Positions 10,942 through 20,000 of a stretch of DNA of 20,000 nucleotides are shown one piece after another; position 1 is the stretch's first letter; each line of letters starts with the position of its first letter. Made by a program: the position numbers and the translations under genes. Under the pieces are notes generated by a model, which had not been told where the DNA came from, made no database searches, and saw only the letters and a program-made list of their open reading frames with translations. The stretch comes from Catajapyx aquilonaris (taxonomy: Eukaryota): NCBI GenBank assembly GCA_000934665.2, contig KZ538381.1:56652-76651 (forward strand), written 5' to 3'.

Positions 10942-13900
10942 TGGAAAACAGCCGGTTCTAACTGTGAACATTGCCAATTAGGCCTAATTGATGTTGTACC
11001 GATTTTGGCATGTTCCTGCTGTTGTCTGATGAAATTTGAAAACTTTCGAAACATTTATTTTTCAAAAAGCTACATCCTCAAAGTTATGCTTATTTGAGAC
11101 ACATGTCGTGTGGAGGACTTGTTCTGACAACAGGATAAACAAGTTCAATAACATCATTCTGCTAGATAGATGTGCTATATCAAACACGGAAGATATTCGC
11201 GAAGGCATTTGTTGAACATCGGGATAAAATCAGGAATATATAGTTTAATGAAACCGCGGCACGTAACGGCCATTTATTATTACAAAATTAGGTGTCATTT
11301 GTTGTATAGATGCACTATACACAATTTTCAACAAAGCGGTGGAAGAGGTGAGACAATTAAAACTGTAAAGCAACCTAATTACTGCCAAAACATTTTAAAG
11401 ATATAGGCACTGAACAACATATTATAACAGGCATGTAAGAAAAAATCAGGTGCTGCATTTGAAAAATGATGTGTAGAAGAATAACATAAACAGGATTACG
11501 ACATTTTACCTATACGCGCTTTTGTATGCGCTAATGTATACAAGTATATGCATGATATTAAAATACTGTAAGTAATATGCTCTGGAAAATACACCGGTAC
11601 GTTATTTTTTCTACCGAATATTGGGCCAAAGCATCAAATACTTAGTACATAATTATGTGGAGAGTAGTGTATGCACATATGATGTGAGTGGGTCAATACC
11701 AGAACGGCTTAGCCCAATAAAAGCGGATTTGCAAAACCTTGCACGGAAATGTCTGGACACAGTGCTTGCTTTGTATAGCTTTGTCATGGTCATTTCTGTA
11801 TAGAGTAATGTAGGACTTGTGCGCAAATAACAGTGTGGGATGTATAGCCTATTAAACAAATCGTGTTACACACACAAAATCTTGTAATACGGACAATGAA
11901 CATGGGTTTCAGGTAGCAGGATTCTATAGTTTCAGCCTTCTCATATCTTGACCCCATTCAGCTTTCGTATATTGATTAGGATCAAAAATATATGATACGT
12001 CAGTAATAGACCTGTTATTCTAATAGCGGGCAGATTTTTTTCTTTTTTGACGTATTGATGTGCAAGACAGGTAGTAAGCCGTAAGTCTGAAAATTATTTT
12101 TCATGCAGTATATTAAAGGAAGGTTATCTCAATCGTCGGATTAACCTGTCACACCGTCTTTTTTTCCATGTGACTTCTACGCTTGATAAACACTGAATCT
12201 AAATATTGTCTTATGCATTCTAGATATAATGTGCCGCTCAATGTATAGGATATCTGAAATTATTTAACACACATTTAAATGACTTGCCTAAAAATATGCT
12301 ACTGTATTAAAATGAGGCAATGGTTACCTCCATACATCGCATATTTTTGTGTACATTGTTTTACGAAACATTGCACGCATTCATTATCATACTCAGAAAA
12401 CTATAGGTGTATAAGCCTGCTGTACTGTGACTTAGGTATTTATGGGTGGAAAATTAACTGCTCTCCGCCACGACACTACGCAATCTGCAGATGTTGACTT
12501 CAGTGTGAGTTACACTAAATTTTATCCAGGCCAGAATGACAGAAAATACATAACTTACACATTTTCATCCTTCACAATGTATAACATGTAACGCAATCAG
12601 GGCACATGCAACATGTACTCCACTGCATTTGTGTTAATTTATGCAGTAGCTATACGGTATGAGCCTGTGCTTATTCCCCATAATTATTACAAAACTATAC
12701 GACGCAATGCGAGAAAGCTAATGAGTAATCCATAAGTCCAAGGTACAATCGCTTGTATTTCGCGCAACCCATCTAATTATTCTCTGAACTGTAGTCCTTC
12801 ACCAGTATACCAACAAGATAACTATTATTATTTCTGGAGAGAAAGACAAGGACTGTTCAGTGAAAAAAGCACCCCAGTGTGTATATAGTGTACTCCTTTC
12901 TGCATGGTCCTGATATATAGATTACAGCTTATAGACCTATAATTTATATTTTTGACTACATTTTTGGAATAGCAGGCATATAAAAAATGGCGAACATATC
13001 CATGGCTATGCGTGCTGAGTCGTTCGCCAGAATTGCACTACTTTTGCAAAAGACCTTCACTACGCACGTGAGCTGTGTAGTTGTTGATTTTTAATTACTT
13101 TGCAAAGCACGATATTATTTTAGTAATATTACTAAATCGGCGATATAAATTTTTTACTTAAAAATGGACTGCGAGAAAGCGACTTCTGTATATCAGATAT
13201 GCATATAATTCTTTGCCTCGCTGACAAATGTGTGTGCACCCTGTTTGTTATTAAAGCCCAATAAATAAGACTGGATATGATCAAAATAACAGTCACACTG
13301 AAGCCTTGCATTCTAATTATGACTTTGTATCCTAGACAGCTGACCCCCCACCTACCCAGCACTCTCCCATGAGCAACCCACCTCAATCCCCCAACATCTG
13401 GCCCCAAAAACGCAGATGTGAGACTGACCAATTATGGGTTTGCGTTTCAGCCAAACACTACCTTTTTCCACTCACATTCCGCACACTTTTCCCCATACCA
13501 GTACTACAGCAAAATGCCGTTTTTGGCCAGTGACAGTATGCGGTGACACTGGAACAATAAGGCATCTTGTGGCTAAAATGCGCGAAGGACTCACCAAAGC
13601 AGATGGTATGTGCTATAATGAATCGAGCTGTGCCTGCAGGCCATAGCGTGACAAGAATATAAATGGTACCTGAATTCTCGATAAGGGCTTCCAAAGTGAA
13701 TAATTCAAGTTCGATCTGGTACGAATATTTCAAACCCTTTCGATACAATTTGTACTCGATTCGAATATTATTATTATTTTTTTTGGGAGGGTGCCGGGGA
13801 ATAGGGGTGAGTTGGGTTGTGTGACGGAACACCCAAGTTGGAATCCATTTTCCTGGCATTCCGTCGCACTATCTGCTCATATATCTGTCAGCATGCATAA

Positions 13901-15259
13901 TAATGCGGAGGGGGGCAACGGAAATCATGGCAGTTCGGAGATTAGAGTCCAACCGTGACGAGTCAGCTGCCTAGATGTGTTGCCCAACTCTATTTTTTGT
14001 GCCCCCCACCTAGACCCCACCCACAAGTTTTTTTTATTTATTTTTTATTTTTTACTAAGGTTCTTCTATGTACGTCCCTCGTTTTCTTGTAGGCCTAATG
14101 TATGTTTGCTTTATTTCGCAAAGCGATTCTAGTGTGTACAGACTTCGTCTAGTTTGCATTCACTGGGGACTGCAGGCCCAGAGGTCATGAATAGATGCAC
14201 GGTTTGCGCTTAGAAATGAATGGTTTCAGTGGAACATGCGGTGTGTTCAAACATTTGATTGGGAGATAAAATGTCAGGTGGATTAGGTCCCACTTAGACA
14301 CTTGTTTTCAAAATGTCGGGTAGTGACATTTTGAGTTCGGTGGACCCCAGTCTGACCGTATGGAACGTTGATGTTAGATTTGCCTGAAATATAGATTGAA
14401 AGGTGCTTGATAAGTTGGTTTAGGATATTGGTATATGGGAGGGAAAGTTTTAAAGGGTTGCGATATTTGCTTGCTGAGACTCTGTAATGTATATGCACTG
14501 ATGTTTTCCTGCTCTACAAATTGAAAATCTTTCGACAGTGGAGCAATAAAGCGAAAGTAATTGTCGCAAAATGACTCAAACAGACAGGAGATAATTTAGG
14601 TGTCTCATGTGTATACAAATACAGGTATGGTAACTGTACTTTTCAAATGACTCTTACAAGGACAAGTGGATAGTAATTGAGCCTTACCACCCTTTCCCCC
14701 TTTTCCCTTCCTTCCGAGTTGATGTTAACGTATATAAGGTCGTCTGAATAGGGTGAATGCATGAGCCAAAATAGACATCTGCTGACCGTCGCCGAATTGC
14801 CATAAAAACCAGCTGTTATACAACTGCTCTTTTATGTTGCTGTATACTGTACAGGTTCACAAACTACACAGTATGTACTGTAAAAATCCTACAAATCAAT
14901 TCAGAGAATTTAAAATTACTGTATTAAGTAGGCCTAATGAAATATGATATATATATACGTGTTAGTTCTACCTAATAAACCTTTCAGTTCTGAGCAGGAA
15001 ATATGCTTTTACTTTCTAAATAAGCGTTCCAGTGTTGGCTAATTACCAAAGCTACTGAAAATGCATAACTATTTAATAGTAAATTGCGACAAACCACAAG
15101 CTTCTCTTTTAAAAAAAACAGCCGTTAGACCCACTTTCGAGGATGAGTAAGCTATCTATCCATCCATCCACGCAACCATCCATGAACTTGTTATCCCTTT
15201 GAGCAAAAGGCGACTCATCATCCAACGAGTGGCATAGGGGAATGAGTCTTTGAAAAATA

Positions 15260-15545
15260 TGGAGGCCATCGTCGGCCATCTTGAATGCCTGACAGGTGAG
15301 GCAGACGACCATTCCTAGCAAAAATCCCCCAAACTGATTCTGCCAGGAAAATTAGGCCTGGGTAATAAACGAGGGAGGCGGCATCTTTCCCCCGCCAAAG
15401 GGGGATTCCCACACTTGTCAAACGGACACTGCTCTTGACAAATGAGACAAAAAGCTGGGAGGAGGAGCTGGCAAAAGAGAGATACAGAGACTGCCTCTTC
15501 GCACGAGCCTCCATTTGCAGTTAATCACCCGAGCTTCCGGTTGCG
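15260..15545. promoter_or_regulatory. Candidate enhancer island (YY1, NF-kB, Su(H)/RBPJ, ETS motifs)
   Basis: CGGCCATCTTG 15273-15283 (YY1, minus strand). GGGGATTCCC 15401-15410 (kB consensus) overlaps TTCCCAC 15406-15412. CTTCCGGT 15534-15541. GC-richer than the flanks. Confidence 0.4.
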
Positions 15546-15633
15546 TCACCGCAATCGACACCTACATGTTTTTATCAGTTGATAACTCCTGTCCGCAAGG
15601 TTGACCAAAAATCCCTTTCTAATCGTGCAGTTC

Positions 15634-16014
15634 AGGCCTGTTTCCACTGGCACGATTTTTGTTAAGCATTAAAAAAAAAAAAAAATTGACCGCACAGTTC
15701 CAACTGGCCAATTTTTGAACCATATTTAGACTACTTTTAATGCATACTTGACAGCCATCAATTTAGCAAGAACAGTGAGGAAATAATAAGTTAATCGTAA
15801 TTAACTTCAGATTGATAAGTTCACACGACATTGTCCATTTTAAATTCGGAATTGGACTGGGGCAATTCGGAAAAAGTTCACAATTTTTGAACCTTGTTTT
15901 GCATCACATTTTAGGGCGTTTTTTAAATACTTTGTACAAATATTGGTGCACCAAAAATTTGCACAAATTCCAAAAAGACATGTCTCCACATTTTGTGCCA
16001 GTGGAAACATGCCT
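15634..16014. mobile_element. PIF/Harbinger-like non-autonomous element (MITE), 381 bp
   Basis: TIRs AGGCCTGTTTCCACTGGCACGA (15634-15655) and TTGTGCCAGTGGAAACATGCCT (15993-16014) are 20/22 complementary. Flanks TTC / TTA fit a once-mutated 3-bp TWA TSD. There is an internal degenerate TIR copy at about 15695-15717 and a 13-bp direct repeat CAATTTTTGAACC at 15709 and 15881. Confidence 0.75.
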
Positions 16015-16650
16015 TTACGTTAATGGCCCAGAACGCCTGAAGTGAAATTTTATTAGGCCTATAACACTGGTAGTAATAGAGTTTTACACAAATGAGTAAA
16101 ATTCAAGCAGGTTTTTGTCAGAAAATTGTCAATAATTTAGTTTAAAATATGCCGATAGTCCAATAATTGTTAATAACCTATCGTGTTACTTGTTGCCTTT
16201 TACGAGTCAGAGATTCAAAAACCGTGCGTTTTCTTACCTACAGTATATAAAAAACACTTCAGCGTGGTGCCAATGCCAAATAAGTTAGAAGAATATTATA
16301 TGTGTCAGGTTTATATTGCTCACAATCTTCCGGAAAATCGATACATGTAGTAGGGTAGTAGTAGGGCGAGGAGGGGGAGGCATAAATGGACGTGAAAAAG
16401 TAAAATGTTTCACCGTATGTATACAAGGTGTTTCAGTTGATATGTCTGTTAAAAATTCTTTGCAATTAAGCCGCGTATTTATAAGCAGTTACTGCTGGAG
16501 TACTTTTATTGGTTATCAAAAATCTAATAACTTATTAGGCAAAATTGAGTAGCCTAATGAGTAGAGAATACTTCACTATTTCTTAGAAAACCATAATACT
16601 GTACGTTATTTCATGTTTTTGTTTTTTGTTGTGTTTTATTAAAGTTTTTT

Positions 16651-16731
16651 GTACTCCTCGGATTATCCGACCTTTTCGGTTATCCGACGATGCCCGAATC
16701 ACCTGGGTGACGGATAATCGGGGTTCTACTG
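16651..16731. mobile_element. pogo/Tigger-like (Tc1/mariner superfamily) miniature element, left end eroded
   Basis: The right end CGGATAATCGGGGTTCTACTG followed by TA gives a TIR CAGTAGAACCCCGATTATCCG. The left counterpart is GTACTCCTCGGATTATCCG. TTATCCGA is repeated internally (16663, 16680). Confidence 0.7.
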
Positions 16732-17362
16732 TACACTCGAAAGTAACGGCTTAATAAGTAGCAGCTTAGTACTGAAAATTGTCGACTGAAACGGACACCT
16801 TATGAGTTGGAGCACTGTATATATACAGTAGTTTGATTTTCCAAATCCAACGTCAAGGCCTAATAAAATATATCAGGCAGAATAAATGAAAGGCGTAAGT
16901 TATTTTGACCACTTAAAAGTGATCACTTTGTTTATTTCACTCTTGCATGTAAAATTAATAATCCGCAAATACTCTGTTTTCCACTCTGCCATGGCCTACA
17001 GAATTTATCAAAAAGATTAATAAAATATGCCACAAAATAGAAAAATATTATTCTGGTGATTCAGTTGAAAGAATTTCCCCTCACTACATACTTGTATACC
17101 CACTGATTATACAGCAGAAACAGCAGGGAACATGAGAAAGCCTACACCAATAATTTTCATGTTCCGCACTGACACTTTATCACGCATGGACCTCTTGAAG
17201 CAAAAGGCACAATTAATAGTCCAAGAACAATAAAGCAAGACTTCCTTAAAGGTGAGCATCGGTCAGCAGCAAAACAGAAGCCCTAATTTAGTAGCAGCAA
17301 ATAATAATGAATTAAAGTCACGAGTGTGCGACTTAAAATAATTGAGATATTTCACTATCGGT

Positions 17363-17514
17363 ATATAACAGGATTATGCCGTGTTTCTCCAACCTTTTAA
17401 CTGACCGTTAAAAGCGAACTACAGATTCAGGTAGTGTGTTGCTGTGGCATATAAACTATAGATATAGCTTTTAATGGTCCGTATCAGTAAAAAACACGGG
17501 CATTAAGCTTATAT
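17363..17514. mobile_element. Small degenerate foldback element
   Basis: ATGCCGTGTTT (17376-17386) pairs with AAACACGGGCAT (17492-17503) with one bulge. GACCGTTAAAAGC (17403-17415) pairs with GCTTTTAATGGTC (17467-17479) at 12/13. The outer ends are ATATAA/TTATAT. Confidence 0.55.
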
Positions 17515-19263
17515 GTAAGTAATAAACACGTACCATAGTATGTGCTACCACTGACGACTGACCTCTGTATAGTATACTAAGGAAGTATTGTATCGATACC
17601 ACATCATGCTTTCAACCCACATGATAATTTTCACTTATTTAAAATTCGAGTGTCCGTTTTATTATTAGACTTGTATTATTTTCTCTGTAAGTAATTCGCA
17701 CTTCAGGTTTAAGCGGTACTGATTTTGTCCTAACATTACTTTGTACCCCAGATATACAGTAACTCCCCAAAAAATTGCAAACACACTACCGGTAAACCAA
17801 ACCATATCCGACGAATCCTTGGCAGTCTCTCACAAAAATGCGTTCTGATTGCCCTTGCAATCGTGCAAGGCCCAGAAATTGCCTCCTGCTATCCCAATAA
17901 GTTGAGCAGAAATGGTATGCAATCTGACCTCCCTCCTTCTCCCCCATTCCCTCCAACCCGACTCCCCGCCAACCCCCAAAGCACTGTTGTGTCGGTTTCG
18001 TGACAGAAACCCCTCCATCAATGCTGCTGACAAGGCCTGCTGGAAGTAGAGGAGTGGATTTATATATACCGGTATACGCATATATATGGCGGTGGGCACG
18101 GCCTGGCTCCCCTTGCCCTTCCCATACCCTCCGCCTTCCCCTACCCTCAACTCACGGAATCGCTAATCCCCCTCATATATGTGGTTGAGAAAAAATTTTG
18201 TGCTGCCGTACAATGCGTGGAAATTCCGTTGTTCACGCTCGCCGGAATTTCTAGCGTGGACGCCTGATTGCGCAACTTAAGCTTCATCTATGCACTGGAG
18301 AACCGTAATTTATTTTCAACTGAAGCTGGTCATGGGCGACCAATCAGCCTCCTGTATAGCTCCCTACAAGTCGCAATTATACAGGAGGCATTAATTAAAA
18401 ATCTGCCGGTTCATTTTTAAAATTAAAATGTACACTATAATTCATGTCTAGACTTGGAGAGGGGAATTCGCGATCGCTTTTTCCCATGAAGGTGACTGTT
18501 TCTCATAAGTCACCTTACTAGAGTGCTGATGGTTGCATAGTGACAGGATACCTATGTCCGAATTTTTCAAACATATTCTGTAGTACTAGCACTGCGTGTG
18601 CCCTTCCGCTTGCGGGATAAAATTATAGCCTACTTCCTTATGTAACATTTTGCACAAAGACCTGTAGATATTCCATTAAATTATTGTTTTCGTGGTGACG
18701 TCAGTCCCCATATGTCTTGGTTCCCAAGCCCACGACAACAATACCCGCTGAGGGGAGAAGAAAAAGATCCTCTCCCGATACCTCACCCTGTCCGCTAGTA
18801 TTGTAACAAAGAAAACCGGCGTGTATACGTATTATAAATCAGATATTGTAGCACATTGTATTAACTTATACAAATCGAGGGTGAATAAATATTAATATTC
18901 TGGATAGTGCTTGACCTAAAATCGAGAGTGAAGACTATGCAAGAGTATTCATGCAGGTGTTCAGGTGCATGCAAGTTTGTCACTCTTTGTCTAGAGGTCA
19001 AAGTGCAACCTTGACCGTGACCATGTTTCGCCATGGCATGAGTTACCATTATACATTTGGTTAATGCTGCTGAGACTATCACATTTAGGCCATCCGCGAT
19101 CCGCCATTTCCTATGCTTTACCGATAGCTTTGGTGACGAATACTGAACACAAGACAAAGACACATAGTCTCATCTTATATAATGTACTATCGGGTTCAAT
19201 TAGTTCCGGCCACTTTATCCTGGTCTTGAAGCAACCATTCACACAGACACACACACACACACA

Positions 19264-19598
19264 ATCAGGGATCCCATAGGCTGTGGGGGCAAGAAAAACA
19301 CATTTTCGAAGCGGGTGTAAACTGATCTAACCTAACCTAACCATACCTAACCTACCCTAACCTACCCTACCCTACCTATCCTATAGGATAGGTAGGGTAG
19401 GTTAGGTTAGGGTAGGTGAGAAAAATGGACTTTTGTAAAACCCTACATAACGGAATTGTGGGGACATGTCCCCACTGAAGCAGTATCCCACCAGGAGTTT
19501 TTGCTGTGGGGACGCGAAATGTCCCCACAATTTGGAGCATGTCCCCAGAGCTACAGTCAAAACACCAACCTTGGTCCCCAGACCCTGCGAGACCTGAA
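19264..19598. mobile_element. Non-autonomous element inserted in a (CA)n tract, with telomere-like central palindrome and GTGGGGAC motifs
   Basis: Bounded on both sides by (CA)n that belongs to the host MITE. Imperfect TIRs: ATCAGGGATCCCATAGGCTGTGGGGGC vs TTCAGGTCTCGCAGGGTCTGGGGAC (reverse complement of the right end). Repeated GGGGAC/GTCCCC motifs at 19458-19580. Confidence 0.75.
19327..19417. repeat. (CCTAA/CCCTA)n-(TTAGG/TAGGG)n inverted pentamer array, including a 68-bp spacerless palindrome
   Basis: 19350-19383 and 19384-19417 are reverse complements with one mismatch, centred on CCTA|TAGG. Confidence 0.9.
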
Positions 19599-20000
19599 CA
19601 CACACACACCTCCTCACCGTGGGGCCTGTGCGAAGGGTTCAATCGGGTTCAATTAGTATATCGGCCACTTATTCATGGTCTTGAAGCAACCCTTCGCACA
19701 GGCCCCACGGTGAGGAGGTGTGTGTGTGCTGTGTGAAGGGTTGCTTCAAGACCAAGGATAAAGTGTCCGGTACTAATTGAACCCGATAGTAAATTTGCGA
19801 TGGATTATTCACGCTGCCTATAAAGTGCTAAGAACTATTGTATCAACTTGTACTGCTGGTTGCATAACTGCAAGGATACACGTTCTGACGGTCGCCAAAA
19901 TTTCCAATATGGGCTTCTGTCCTTTAGGGCCACCCTGTATAAACAAATGTGGTGTATATATGCCTGAGGAAGGGTGGGCCCTGCCTGATTCAGCCTGTAC

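Larger units (their letters stand above)
19187..19789. mobile_element. TA-flanked Tc1/mariner-like composite MITE (inverted dimer of a ~150-bp unit, with nested insertion)
   Basis: About 60-bp TIRs begin CTATCGGGTTCAATTAGT (19187-19246 vs 19729-19789; 3 substitutions and 1 indel), with TA on both sides (19185-19186, 19790-19791). A third TIR copy lies at 19642-19701, and there is a perfect 41-bp inner inverted repeat 19599-19639 / 19688-19728. Confidence 0.85.

Noticed and set aside
11026..11052. CTGATGA...CGAAAC hammerhead-like core
   Set aside because: Stem II lacks its closing pair and no convincing stem I can be built.
13675..13770. TCGA/CGAATATT-rich patch resembling hAT subterminal repeats
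   Set aside because: No TIR pair or 8-bp TSD could be identified.
17184..17257. Short open frame ending at a good donor site AAG|GTGAG
   Set aside because: There is an in-frame stop just upstream with no acceptor in between, and the peptide is unrecognisable.
19327..19417. Interstitial telomere or chromosome-fusion site
   Set aside because: The polarity is wrong for a fusion, the units are mixed pentamers, and the array is embedded in a TIR element.
17..19736. All ORFs in the six-frame track
   Set aside because: They are short (60-133 aa), often start at non-ATG codons, are rich in homopolymer-derived runs, span N gaps or repeats, and show no recognisable domain.

Overview
This window is eukaryotic (animal) non-coding DNA, roughly 60% A+T by eye, with two assembly gaps (3902-4055, 8483-8508). 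None of the supplied ORFs resembles a real protein, and I found no tRNA, rRNA, known miRNA or CRISPR array. It reads as an intergenic or intronic regulatory landscape: AT-rich background punctuated by GC-richer islands dense in transcription-factor motifs (about 340-600, 2000-2160, 4650-5240, 8030-8460, 15260-15545), plus non-autonomous DNA-transposon relics. The relics are a ~330-bp foldback element (5512-5844), a Harbinger-like MITE (15634-16014), a pogo/Tigger-like mini-element (16651-16731) and a small foldback (17363-17514). The most striking structure is a TA-flanked Tc1/mariner-like composite MITE (19187-19789). It is an inverted dimer, and its (CA)n tract carries a second 335-bp element built around a 68-bp telomere-like palindrome. 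Two TA-x-TA words (TAC[A/T]GTA and TAGGCCTA) are over-represented and may be transposon excision footprints. A marine invertebrate host such as an echinoderm is my guess from sequence style only. I cannot support a novel protein-coding system here; the leads are transposon biology and cis-regulatory grammar.
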